Part shown: positions 27,613-36,572 of the stretch, one piece after another
Layout of the letters: each line of letters opens with the position of its first letter
How positions within the stretch are numbered: position 1 is the stretch's first letter
Assembly: GCA_022709405.1 (NCBI GenBank)
Contig: JAKLIV010000005.1
Coordinates: forward strand, 1-58,132
Length of the DNA stretch: 58,132 nucleotides
Source: Spirochaetota bacterium
Lineage (GTDB): Bacteria; Spirochaetota; UBA4802; UBA5550
Direction: 5' to 3'
Notes under the pieces: generated by a model
Seen by the model: only the letters and a program-made list of their open reading frames with translations
What the model was told of the DNA's origin: nothing
The model's database searches: none
Translations under genes and position numbers: made by a program

Positions 27613-28494
27613 ATGCTTAAAAAGATCGGCAAAGCCAGTATTCTGTGCCTCATATTCATCCTGCTCGTTCAAATAAGCAACGGCAACGCCAAAACGCATC
27701 CTTTCGTGATCGTTGACATCGAAAACATTTCGAGATACAATGAAGACCGTATCTTTTTTCAGCATATTGAAATGGTCACCGATGAAAAAATCGACAATTC
27801 CATAGCAAGCCTCCTTATCATCAAGGACAGCAAGGTTTATCTCTTCAGGGACGGATATGACGCCCCAGAAAACGTCGCCACCCACAGGCTTACCCTTGAA
27901 ATGGAGAACAGGCTGATCCCCGACCTGTGGGAAAACAAGGCCGACGGCAACCCTGACTATATCCAGGTGACGGACCGAAGAACCGAACTGCTCAAAAACG
28001 TGACACAGGACTTCGTGACGAAAAATTTCGGGGAATTCTACAAAAACGCCCGCGACAGTTTCCTGAAAAAACACGTGGCCATATTCACCGACCTGATGGT
28101 CAACAGGAAAAACACCGGTCTCTTTGTGCGCAGGGAGCCGCTGGCGAAAAGGGTCTATGACACCGGCCCGGTAAAGTATTTCATATCGGCGACGGCGAAA
28201 ACCATGGCTGAATACATTTATTACGCTGAAGATGCCGACGGCGACGGCATAACCGAAACATTCATGGTCTCCATTCCGGACGGTTTTCACTGGGGATATC
28301 AATCAGGAGCCAATGTAATCTTCATATACAACAACCAGCAGGAAGACATCAAAAACGTCATCGGGAAGCTCGCCCACAACGCATATTACGGAACCCCCGA
28401 AGAGGAGCAGGTCATCAAGGAGACCTTCCCGAAAAGCGAAGACATCACCAACATGATCGAGGATGTTTACCGGACCGTAAAAACGCAGAACTGA
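27613..28494 (+). CDS. Hypothetical secreted protein with a DADGDG loop
   Basis: The start is placed at MLKKIGKASILCLIFILLVQISNG (GGAGGA Shine-Dalgarno 7 nt upstream). Motif EDADGDGITE. No family recognised. Confidence 0.6.
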   Translation: MLKKIGKASILCLIFILLVQISNGNAKTHPFVIVDIENISRYNEDRIFFQHIEMVTDEKIDNSIASLLIIKDSKVYLFRDGYDAPENVATHRLTLEMENRLIPDLWENKADGNPDYIQVTDRRTELLKNVTQDFVTKNFGEFYKNARDSFLKKHVAIFTDLMVNRKNTGLFVRREPLAKRVYDTGPVKYFISATAKTMAEYIYYAEDADGDGITETFMVSIPDGFHWGYQSGANVIFIYNNQQEDIKNVIGKLAHNAYYGTPEEEQVIKETFPKSEDITNMIEDVYRTVKTQN

Positions 28495-28521
28495 AACGAT
28501 CACAAACCGTCACAAATACTG

Positions 28522-28551
28522 AAAAACCCGCCTTCAAGAGCGGGTTTTTTT
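28522..28551. terminator. Bidirectional intrinsic terminator between convergent genes
   Basis: AAAAACCCGC-cttcaaga-GCGGGTTTTTTT: a GC stem flanked by an A-run and a T-run. It abuts the stop codon of the M23 peptidase gene. Confidence 0.85.
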
Positions 28552-29281
28552 ATCTTTTCCAGTTTCTGTTAATACCGTGCGGCTGGGGCAGGTTATTGTT
28601 CTCGGGAAGAAAATCCATCGGATTCAGGGGTATGTCTTTAAAGCGTATCTCAAAATGTAAGTGGTTGCCGGTTGAATGGCCCGTGCTTCCAACATAGCCG
28701 ATTATCTGGCCTCTTCTGACGCAATCGCCCTTTTTTACGAATACCTCCGAATTGTGGGAATACTTGGTATAATAGTTGTCCCGGTGTTCGAGCACGATGA
28801 CTTTACCGTAACTGCGGTCATACTGGGCGTAAAGAACCCTCCCGTCCATGGCCGCAAGTATCGGGGTGCCTTTGGTTGATGGAAGGTCGATAGCGCCATG
28901 GAGCTGGCCGTTGCGCATTCCGAAAGCCGATGAAATTCTGTCAACGGTTTGTATCGGCCATATAAATCCGGACTCGCTGCTTATGGATTCGGTTTTTGCG
29001 CCGGGGGCCTGTTCCAGGCTCGCGATCTTTTCGGAAGAAAAGGGAATGAAGATATACCGGTTCAGGCTGTAAGGATTGTTGGCCTTTTTGACCAGCTCGA
29101 TTGTCGAACCGAAGCGCTCAAGCTGGATTTTCAGGTCTTTCATTGAACTGACGCGGACCCATCTTCCGGTCATGCCGGCATATTCCTGGATCGCAAGATT
29201 GTCGGTCTTGACCGATTCGGCAAAAATCGGGCATACCGCAAATACAATGATAATAACACAGGATAACAGTTTGTTTTTCAT
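28550..29281 (-). CDS. M23-family (LytM-type) peptidoglycan metalloendopeptidase
   Basis: HGAIDL...GTPILAAMDGRV...YGKVIVLEH...YSHNSE...GYVGSTGHSTGNHLHFEI. The start is taken at MKNKLLSCVIIIVFAV (29281). Confidence 0.88.
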   Translation of the reverse strand: MKNKLLSCVIIIVFAVCPIFAESVKTDNLAIQEYAGMTGRWVRVSSMKDLKIQLERFGSTIELVKKANNPYSLNRYIFIPFSSEKIASLEQAPGAKTESISSESGFIWPIQTVDRISSAFGMRNGQLHGAIDLPSTKGTPILAAMDGRVLYAQYDRSYGKVIVLEHRDNYYTKYSHNSEVFVKKGDCVRRGQIIGYVGSTGHSTGNHLHFEIRFKDIPLNPMDFLPENNNLPQPHGINRNWKR

Positions 29282-29510
29282 CCGCCCAGTCCCGAAAAAC
29301 CGATAACAACCGCTTGTAAACACAATTACGATGAGAGGAAACGATCAGAGAGGCACGATCTATATCTCTGCGTCAGGCTGCGCAACGAGCCGCAATCGAA
29401 TGGCCCTGTACAGCGCAAACCCGAATCCGCATATAACCAGGAAAACTCTTTATAATCAAAACCCGGATGTCAAGAAAAAAATAATCCGGTCCGCCGGTCC
29501 TGCAAATTTT

Positions 29511-30323
29511 TTACTTGAGAAAACGCTCGATAAACTGCAGCGTAAATCCCCTCTTTATATGCTGTCTGCTCAGGCTGTAATTATCCCTGGTGATGATGTT
29601 CGAGCCGTAATCAGTAGAAAAAACCCTGCGGTAGCCGGCAAGCATGCACAGATCGATGAGTTTCAGGTTGTAGCGGCCGTAGGGGAAAGCGAAAAAATCC
29701 ACCTTTTTCCCAAGCTGGATTTCGATGATCCTTTTTGAAAGATACAGTTCATCATACAGCTTTTTCCTGGATTCCGGATCGTCGTTCTGCGAAAGTTCTG
29801 CGAGGTCGATGTGCGATATGCTGTGGCACTGGACATCTATCCCGTTTTTATCAAGCTCCCGCAGCATGTCCCAGGTCATGACCGATTTTCCATTTCGATA
29901 GATGAAATCGGTGTAGGCGAAAAGGGTCACGGGATAGCCGTAATCCCGGGCCAGGGGAAAAAGTTTTGAATGCATCGAGTAGAATCCGTCGTCAAAGGTG
30001 ATCACAGCCGACTTTCCATCGAACGCGCGCGGGTTTTCGAGCCGTGCGACCAGTTCGGAAAGGGGAATCACCCGCACACCGGCGTCCCTGAACAGGTTGA
30101 AATGAGAAGCAAGAACATCGCTGTCTATGGAAAAAACGCCTTTTCCGTCAATATTGTGGTACAGCAGGATCGGAATTGATAGCAGCCGGGAACGAACTTC
30201 TTTCCGCTTTTCCTGCCATGCCGGCCGGCCGCTGAAAATGATCTCGGGCGTCCAGAAATAAATCGCTGCGGACGCCGCGAGAGCGGCTGCAAGGATGATC
30301 AGTATTCTTACCGTGCTTTTCAT
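29511..30323 (-). CDS. Polysaccharide deacetylase (NodB-homology) family protein, membrane anchored
   Basis: TM anchor. ILLYHNI...VITFDDGFYS...ATLF-like VTLFAYTDFI...QCHSISH. Confidence 0.8.
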   Translation of the reverse strand: MKSTVRILIILAAALAASAAIYFWTPEIIFSGRPAWQEKRKEVRSRLLSIPILLYHNIDGKGVFSIDSDVLASHFNLFRDAGVRVIPLSELVARLENPRAFDGKSAVITFDDGFYSMHSKLFPLARDYGYPVTLFAYTDFIYRNGKSVMTWDMLRELDKNGIDVQCHSISHIDLAELSQNDDPESRKKLYDELYLSKRIIEIQLGKKVDFFAFPYGRYNLKLIDLCMLAGYRRVFSTDYGSNIITRDNYSLSRQHIKRGFTLQFIERFLK

Positions 30324-30459
30324 GACTCGATCCGGCAGGCGGGCTTATGCCCGCCTTACGCCCTGATATATTTATCGATTGCGGCTTGACGATCCAGCAT
30401 AATTTAATTTCAGACCGACTTTTTCCTTTTACCGCCGCATATGCAAATTAAATTTAGAC

Positions 30460-30487
30460 TTTACAATTATTGCCTCGACAGTATAGT
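30460..30487 (+). promoter_or_regulatory. Candidate sigma-70 promoter of dapF
   Basis: TTTACA-N16-TATAGT, ending about 35 nt before the dapF ATG. Confidence 0.4.
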
Positions 30488-30521
30488 ATAGCGTATATGT
30501 TCAGGAGCAGAAGGCAACGAC

Positions 30522-31361
30522 ATGATCAACTTCACTAAAATGCACGGAACAGGCAACGATTACATCTACATCCATGACGGCAAATCGGCGATCAAGAATC
30601 CCGGAAAGCTGTCCAGGGCCATCAGCGACAGGCATTTCGGCGTCGGCTCGGACGGTCTTATCGTGATTTATCCTTCAACAAAGGCCGATTTCAAGATGCG
30701 AATGTTCAATCCGGACGGAAGCGAAGCCGAAATGTGCGGCAACGGAATCCGCTGCTTTGCGAAATACGTGTTTGACCGCGGCATGACATCCGCCAGACAG
30801 ATCACGGTCGAGACCCTCGCCGGCATCAAACACCTCACCCTGCACGCGAAAAACGGCAAGGTCATTTCGGTCCAGGTGGACATGGGCGAACCGATTTTAC
30901 GGCGCGACAAGATTCCCATGATCGGCGAGCAGGGAATGGTCATCAATGAATCGCTGCACCTGGACGACGGCACGCGTTTTTACATCACCGCCCTTTCGGT
31001 CGGGAATCCCCATACGGTGATTTTCGTCGAAGACGTGGAGAATTTTCCGGTAAGTAAATACGGCCCGATCATCGAGAACCATCAGCTTTTCCCCCAGCGC
31101 ACGAACGTCGAATTCGTCCAGCTCGTCAACCAGGACGAGGTCAGACAGAGAACGTGGGAGAGGGGAACCGGAGAGACTTTTTCATGCGGTACGGGGGCTT
31201 CGGCCGTAGCGGCCGCATGCGTTCTGAACAATGCGTGCAACAGGAACATCACGGTGCATCTGAAGGGCGGCGACCTGAAGCTGGAATGGCGTGAAAAGGA
31301 CAACCATATCTATCTCACCGGACCGGCCGTTGAAGTGTTCCAGGGAACCTGGGATTATTGA
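30522..31361 (+). CDS. dapF: Diaminopimelate epimerase
   Basis: FTKMHGTGNDYIYI, with catalytic Cys motifs MCGNGIRCF and FSCGTGASA. Confidence 0.95.
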   Translation: MINFTKMHGTGNDYIYIHDGKSAIKNPGKLSRAISDRHFGVGSDGLIVIYPSTKADFKMRMFNPDGSEAEMCGNGIRCFAKYVFDRGMTSARQITVETLAGIKHLTLHAKNGKVISVQVDMGEPILRRDKIPMIGEQGMVINESLHLDDGTRFYITALSVGNPHTVIFVEDVENFPVSKYGPIIENHQLFPQRTNVEFVQLVNQDEVRQRTWERGTGETFSCGTGASAVAAACVLNNACNRNITVHLKGGDLKLEWREKDNHIYLTGPAVEVFQGTWDY

Positions 31362-32014
31362 TTTTCTGCTCCGCCTGAGTCATAGTCCCATATCCGGGTA
31401 TCCGGTATCCCCCGCTCTAGAATCGTCACTTTCACGACCTTCGGGATGTTTTCCTTCAGGGTCTTCTCCACGGCTTTCCTGAAAAGCTCTTCGGAGCCCG
31501 GGATCGCGGACGCCTTCCCGTCGTAGAACCCGGGATCGACGTCGATGATGCAATGGTCCCCCTTGTCGGATCCGATTTTTTCATGAAGAAACCAGATCTC
31601 CCTCACGCGGATTTCGACGGGCACGAAAAGCGAGGTGTTCTCAAATTTCGATCCCCTGACGACCTCGCAAAAAAGATGCATCGTTTCCCTTTTCCTGTCC
31701 TCGAAAACCGGTATCTTTCTGATCTCCTTTTCGATGGACATGTCGTTGAAAGTGGGCAGATAGATATTGACCTTTTGCGACTCTTCAAGCGACGGTATCG
31801 ACGGAAATATGGCGAGAATGCCGTTATCGGAGTGATGGCAGAACATGATGTAGTCCAGGAAAAACAGCGATGAAAATCCCAGGACCAGAAGCCTTCGCCT
31901 TTCGGGCTCTTCGAAGCTGTTGTACTTGCGGATGATTTGTCGGACAATTCTGCTTAATGTTTCCTTCAGGCGCACTTCGTTTCTCTCCTGTTGACGCGGC
32001 GGTTCATTCTTCAA
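31355..32014 (-). CDS. Hypothetical membrane-anchored protein (possibly GerMN-like), downstream of the amidase gene
   Basis: One TM helix (LLVLGFSSLFFLDYIMF). The C-terminal part (CIIDVDPGFY...EELFRKAVEKTLKENIPKVVKVTILERG) loosely resembles GerMN domains. The start is an uncertain TTG. The 3' end overlaps the dapF 3' end by 7 nt. Confidence 0.5.
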   Translation of the reverse strand: MKNEPPRQQERNEVRLKETLSRIVRQIIRKYNSFEEPERRRLLVLGFSSLFFLDYIMFCHHSDNGILAIFPSIPSLEESQKVNIYLPTFNDMSIEKEIRKIPVFEDRKRETMHLFCEVVRGSKFENTSLFVPVEIRVREIWFLHEKIGSDKGDHCIIDVDPGFYDGKASAIPGSEELFRKAVEKTLKENIPKVVKVTILERGIPDTRIWDYDSGGAENQ

Positions 32015-32127
32015 TTTTCGGCAATATTAATCAATAAAAATTTTGAACAGGCGGCCCGGGATATCTATCAGGCCGCTTCAGGGCGTTTCCGGATCGCCGC
32101 ATCATTCAGGCCCCATGAAGCGAAAAT

Positions 32128-33294
32128 TCACTGCGGCAAGCTGTTGTACTTCCTGATAAAATCCGCAATCCCCTGGGCAAGACCCGAAGCTATACTGTTC
32201 TGGTGAGAGGCATTGCCGAGGATTTTGGATTCTTTTTTATGGGTGATGAATCCAATCTCGACCAGCGCCGCGGGCATCAGGACGCCTCTGAGCACGAAAA
32301 AATCAGCCCGCTTGACCCCCCTCGATTTGCTGCTTTTCACCCTCCCGGAGAGTCCGCCCTGCAGCGACTCGGCGAGCATCATGCTTTCTTTTTGTATCTG
32401 GGTGGTGAGCATCATCGCTTCGATATAATCGATGTCGTCGTACAGCTTTTTCCCCTTGCTCTCGTCCTCGAGAACGACAACGTTGTTCTCCAGGGCGGCG
32501 GTGCTTCTCGCGTCGTCATTGCTCGGGTTCTGCGAAAGATAATAGGTCTCATAACCGGATATTATGGGGGACAGGGTCGCGTTCACATGGATACTGATAA
32601 AAAGCCCGTTTCCGTTCCCGGCGATCATCTCGTTGGCCAGATCGGTCCTGCGGGAAAGCTCAATAAAGACGTCTTTTTTGCGGGTCATCACGATCCTGAG
32701 GGATGGAAAACGGGCGGCCAGTTCCTTCTCAAGACGCCTCGCGACCGACAGGGTTATCTCTTTTTCATGGACTCCGCCGATCCCCACCGCGCCCGGGTCC
32801 TTTCCCCCGTGACCGGCATCGATAACGATAAAACGGATCCGATCCTTGCCGCGCTGAATCACCGCAGGCGTTTTGCCGGTCTTTGCGGGCTCTTTCACCT
32901 CGGGCTTTTTATCAACCTGAACAAGGGAACCGGAGCATCGGGCCGAAACATCAGGGTAAAAGGCTTCGATAATGGCGGATGCGGCGCGGCATGGAATCAT
33001 AATCCCGCCCTGCCGGCGCACCACGGGTGTCTCTGACCGGTAAAGCAACCCGTCGATCACGAAAAGGGAGAATGATACGGTATATACGGCATAGTGGCTT
33101 TTATGGAAGAGTTTGCCTTTCTGGGTTATGATATCGAAAGAACTTTCGATCCTGTATGACCGTATAAGCTCTTCAAGGGAAACATAGCCATTCCCGTCGA
33201 TCGTTTGTATTTTAAGCTGAGCGTCCCGGCCCCCGACCGGGCAGATGCTGATAAACAATGATACGATAAATATGCCGATTCGCGCTTTTGTCAA
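32128..33294 (-). CDS. N-acetylmuramoyl-L-alanine amidase (Amidase_3, AmiC-like)
   Basis: VIDAGHGGKDPGAVG...HEKEITL...FISIHVNA...RADFFVLRGVLMPAALVEIGFITH. The only available start appears to be a TTG. Confidence 0.88.
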   Translation of the reverse strand: MTKARIGIFIVSLFISICPVGGRDAQLKIQTIDGNGYVSLEELIRSYRIESSFDIITQKGKLFHKSHYAVYTVSFSLFVIDGLLYRSETPVVRRQGGIMIPCRAASAIIEAFYPDVSARCSGSLVQVDKKPEVKEPAKTGKTPAVIQRGKDRIRFIVIDAGHGGKDPGAVGIGGVHEKEITLSVARRLEKELAARFPSLRIVMTRKKDVFIELSRRTDLANEMIAGNGNGLFISIHVNATLSPIISGYETYYLSQNPSNDDARSTAALENNVVVLEDESKGKKLYDDIDYIEAMMLTTQIQKESMMLAESLQGGLSGRVKSSKSRGVKRADFFVLRGVLMPAALVEIGFITHKKESKILGNASHQNSIASGLAQGIADFIRKYNSLPQ

Positions 33295-33491
33295 AATTGA
33301 AACCGTGTAGAAACTGATTTTTTATTTTTTTATTCATCCCGGAGAAAAAGGTCAAGATAATTTCAATGGCTGCCCTGTCCCGGCAGGGACCGGGAATAAA
33401 AAAGCTTGCAAAAACGCGATTTCGGATTTACAAGAGAAGGGCGCCGGGGAAAGAGAAGCCGAACCCGAAAATTCATCCAGGAGAGCATAAT

Positions 33492-33884
33492 ATGATTTAC
33501 AAAAAATTGATCATCCTGTTTTTCATGGCTCAGATCGCGGTTTTTTGTACTGCATGCTCGAAAAAAAGCGAAATCAACGGAATATATGTGCATCAAAGCG
33601 GCGAACAGCGCTACTATACGCTCACGGTCGCGAGCATGGAAGGAAACAAGCACTCGGCCGTACTTGAGGGCGTGCCTCTCGAACGCATGAGGAACACCCC
33701 GTGGTCCCTCCCGTGCGAGCAGGAGATTGAAGACTCCACGATGAAATGCGGGTCATTCACCCTGGTGTTCAACCAGGACCTTGAAACTGCAACAGCGACC
33801 TACCCGGACAACGAGCGGCAGGTCTTTGTTTCAGATAAAAAAAGCATTACTGAAGATATAAGGATATATGAAAAAAAACAATAA
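33492..33884 (+). CDS. Small hypothetical lipoprotein
   Basis: The start is placed at MIYKKLIILFFMAQIAVFCTAC (AGGAGAG Shine-Dalgarno) with a lipobox-like TAC. The ORF-track start 33366 is upstream of any signal. Confidence 0.55.
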   Translation: MIYKKLIILFFMAQIAVFCTACSKKSEINGIYVHQSGEQRYYTLTVASMEGNKHSAVLEGVPLERMRNTPWSLPCEQEIEDSTMKCGSFTLVFNQDLETATATYPDNERQVFVSDKKSITEDIRIYEKKQ

Positions 33885-34545
33885 ACTCCCCGCAATCATG
33901 TTTCTGTGCATTACCCTGTGCATCTGGGCCTGCAAGGATAAGGGCATCAACAAGAACAAATCGCATGGCAAGAGATACGCCGCTGTAATCCTTAAAGACA
34001 ATACGGCCCTCAGGGTCGACCCGTTTATTTTTTCATCCAAGATAGACATGCTCAACAAGGGCGAAATGGTTGAAATTTCGGAAAAGTCAGAAGTGAAATC
34101 ATGGATAGGATCGACCAATGATTACTGGTACATGGTAAAATTGAAAAACGGCGTCACCGGCTGGATTTACGGACAGAACCTGAAGATGATGGAATCGAAG
34201 CAGCTGACCTCCGACAATTATCTGACTGAATTCTGGGAGAACGAGGCTGAGACGATGCGAAAGGAAATTTCCGGGAAGTGGTGGAGCCAGAATGAGGCGG
34301 GCGATTTTACCGATCACTGCATCGAGTTCACCGATAAGGGGTCATACAGGTCCTATTCGAAAAAAAATCTTTCATCGGTGACAGAAGGGGAATACAACTT
34401 TGATTTCAACAAAAACGAGATAGTTTTTTTAAACGGGACCTCGTTTAACGGGAATGTCGTTTTCGTCAAAAGAGGGGGATCATATTTCTTCAGAGCGAAA
34501 ATAGACTCCGCAATGTCTTCATTTAAAAAAATCCAGGCCCAATAA
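33868..34545 (+). CDS. SH3b-domain lipoprotein
   Basis: Lipobox-like ITLCIWAC. Bacterial SH3 pattern AVILKDNTALRVDP...KGEMVEI...DYWYMVKLKNGVTGWIYGQNL. It overlaps the previous gene by 17 nt. Confidence 0.7.
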   Translation: MKKNNKLPAIMFLCITLCIWACKDKGINKNKSHGKRYAAVILKDNTALRVDPFIFSSKIDMLNKGEMVEISEKSEVKSWIGSTNDYWYMVKLKNGVTGWIYGQNLKMMESKQLTSDNYLTEFWENEAETMRKEISGKWWSQNEAGDFTDHCIEFTDKGSYRSYSKKNLSSVTEGEYNFDFNKNEIVFLNGTSFNGNVVFVKRGGSYFFRAKIDSAMSSFKKIQAQ

Positions 34546-34558
34546 ACGGAATAAAGCC

Positions 34559-35287
34559 ATGGTGCGATTGAATAAATATCTCTCCCTTTGCGGTCTGGGA
34601 TCAAGAAGAAAAGTCGAGGAGCTCATTACCTCCGGGAGGGTTTGCGTAAACGGCGTACCGGTCAAAAGCCTTGCCAGAACCATCGATCCGGACAATGACG
34701 CCGTTTCATGCGACTCGGTCCTGATAGCGCCCAGGGACCGCAATTATTATATAATGCTGAACAAACCCAAAGGCTACATAACCACCCTTTCTGACGAAAG
34801 GGGAAGGCCCACAGTGATGGAAATGATCCCCGGGAAATATGTTAAAGCGGGCGTTTTCCCCATCGGGAGGCTTGACAAGGACACTGAAGGGCTGCTTCTC
34901 CTCACCAACGACGGAGAAATGGCCAACAGGTTGAGCAGGCCGGAGAACAAAATCATCAAAGGATATCATGTCGAACTGGACAGGCCGCTCGCCGGTGAAG
35001 ATAAAAAAAAGATAGAGAAAGGGATCTTTCTGCATCAGATAAACCTCAAAACGAGGCCGGCAAAAATCAATTTGATCGGCCCTACCGGGAAAAGCCTCAT
35101 GATGTATATCAGCGAAGGGAAAAAGAGACAGATTCGTTATACTTTCAAAATTTTTCACTACACCGTTACCTACCTTCGAAGGGACAAATACGGCCCCCTC
35201 GAGCTTTCAGGCCTGAAAAAGGGAGAAATCAGGCTTCTCAAAAAAAATGAAATAAAAATGCTGAAATCGCTGCTCGGCGACGAGTGA
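34559..35287 (+). CDS. RsuA/RluB-family pseudouridine synthase
   Basis: S4 domain (RLNKYLSLCGLGSRRKVEELI), plus the catalytic motif GRLDKDTEGLLLLTNDG. Confidence 0.9.
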   Translation: MVRLNKYLSLCGLGSRRKVEELITSGRVCVNGVPVKSLARTIDPDNDAVSCDSVLIAPRDRNYYIMLNKPKGYITTLSDERGRPTVMEMIPGKYVKAGVFPIGRLDKDTEGLLLLTNDGEMANRLSRPENKIIKGYHVELDRPLAGEDKKKIEKGIFLHQINLKTRPAKINLIGPTGKSLMMYISEGKKRQIRYTFKIFHYTVTYLRRDKYGPLELSGLKKGEIRLLKKNEIKMLKSLLGDE

Positions 35288-35400
35288 TTTATCACTCATC
35301 CGGGTTTTTCAACACAATCCTGACACTATTTTTGTTCTTGCTTTTTTTCCGATATAGGACATATATAAGCCCATAAAAACATGTCATCATAGGGGTTATT

Positions 35401-36498
35401 ATGAGTTCACACAATCTCACGGATCTCGAAAAATTCAAATCATCGCTGCTCAAAAGGATTGAACCGTTACTCGAAACTGTTAAAAACGAAAACAACAGAA
35501 AAGCAATAAAAAAATTCTGGGAAGAGGATGTCGTGAGCTATCTGCTCAAGGTTGCATCAATCGACAACGCCATCAAAAAAGGGGAAATCGACGCCCCGAC
35601 CGCGAGCAAGGACGTGCTCATTGAAACAAACAAGGTATTGAAGCAGGGGGACAAGCTTGAAGATATCCTCAACGATTCCGAGTACCTGAAAAAAATCAAA
35701 GGATTATTCAGGATTTCAGGAGCCCCTTACGCACTCCAGTCCCAGTCAGTCAAGCACGCACTTGAAAAGCCGGGAGGATACGCGGGCGACTACGAAATGC
35801 TGGAATTCATCTACAACAACAAGCCATTGTCCGAGGGTCTCGGATACTGCGCCGACGAGACGTTTCTGGCCGACGACTACGCCAAGGCCGTCAGGAACAG
35901 AAAAGACACCATGAAAAGAAAGCTTAAAGCATTTCTGGAATCCGACCCGAAGGACTTCAAGATCCTCAACATCGCTTGCGGCGCTTCACGGGATCTTCGC
36001 GAGCTTTTTGCCGAAAATACTTTTCAACTCACCGGAAAAACGACATTCACCCTCATCGACAAATCAAAGGAAGCGCTCGATTTTTCGAAAGAACAGTTGA
36101 AGAACCATCCTTCCGGGACCGAATTTCTTTTTTACAATCACAGCGTATATGATTACCTCAAGGAACCCGACAAGTATCACAAACTGCTCGCAGGCCAGGA
36201 TGTCGTTTATTCAATAGGTCTCGCCGATTATATACCGGAAGACGCGTTCATGAAGCAGATCGGTTTTTTTTATGACCTGTTAAAGCCGGGCGGAAAATTA
36301 ATAATTGCGCATAAAGACTCAAAAAATTATCATCCCCTGCTGCCGGACTGGTGGGCGGATTGGACCTTCTATCTGAGAAACATCGACGATGTCGTTAATT
36401 TAGCCAAGAGCAGTCCTATAAAGAATTACAAGCTGAACGTCGAACAGGAAGACAACACTAAGATCATATTCTTCATCACGATTGAAAAAAACTTGTAA
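35401..36498 (+). CDS. Class I SAM-dependent methyltransferase with a ~190-aa helical N-terminal domain
   Basis: Motif I ILNIACGASRDL. Post-I/II region VVYSIGLADYIPED...LLKPGGKLIIAHKD. Confidence 0.8.
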   Translation: MSSHNLTDLEKFKSSLLKRIEPLLETVKNENNRKAIKKFWEEDVVSYLLKVASIDNAIKKGEIDAPTASKDVLIETNKVLKQGDKLEDILNDSEYLKKIKGLFRISGAPYALQSQSVKHALEKPGGYAGDYEMLEFIYNNKPLSEGLGYCADETFLADDYAKAVRNRKDTMKRKLKAFLESDPKDFKILNIACGASRDLRELFAENTFQLTGKTTFTLIDKSKEALDFSKEQLKNHPSGTEFLFYNHSVYDYLKEPDKYHKLLAGQDVVYSIGLADYIPEDAFMKQIGFFYDLLKPGGKLIIAHKDSKNYHPLLPDWWADWTFYLRNIDDVVNLAKSSPIKNYKLNVEQEDNTKIIFFITIEKNL

Positions 36499-36572
36499 GT
36501 CATAAATGCAGTAAGGAACAAGGGGGCTGACCGATATATGCCAGCCCCTCAAACCACAAATAAAGAGACGCT

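Noticed and set aside
30338-30355. A GC-rich hairpin GGCGGGC-ttat-GCCCGCC.
   Set aside because: It has no U-tract on either strand, and it lies 14 nt upstream of the deacetylase ATG with no gene ending there. It is therefore not a terminator. It might affect translation initiation, but I have no evidence for that.
30324-30521. Riboswitch candidates: lysine (L-box) upstream of dapF, Moco upstream of moaC (52832-52912), and SAM/THF upstream of metF (17052-17392).
   Set aside because: I could not find any of the conserved cores of these riboswitch classes by eye. The moaC gap (81 nt) is too short. The metF and dapF leaders are AT-rich promoter-like sequence. A covariance-model scan (Rfam/Infernal) would be the decisive check.
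36522-36549. A hairpin GGGGGCTG-N12-CAGCCCCT after the methyltransferase stop.
   Set aside because: It is followed by CAAACC rather than a U-tract, so I do not call it an intrinsic terminator.
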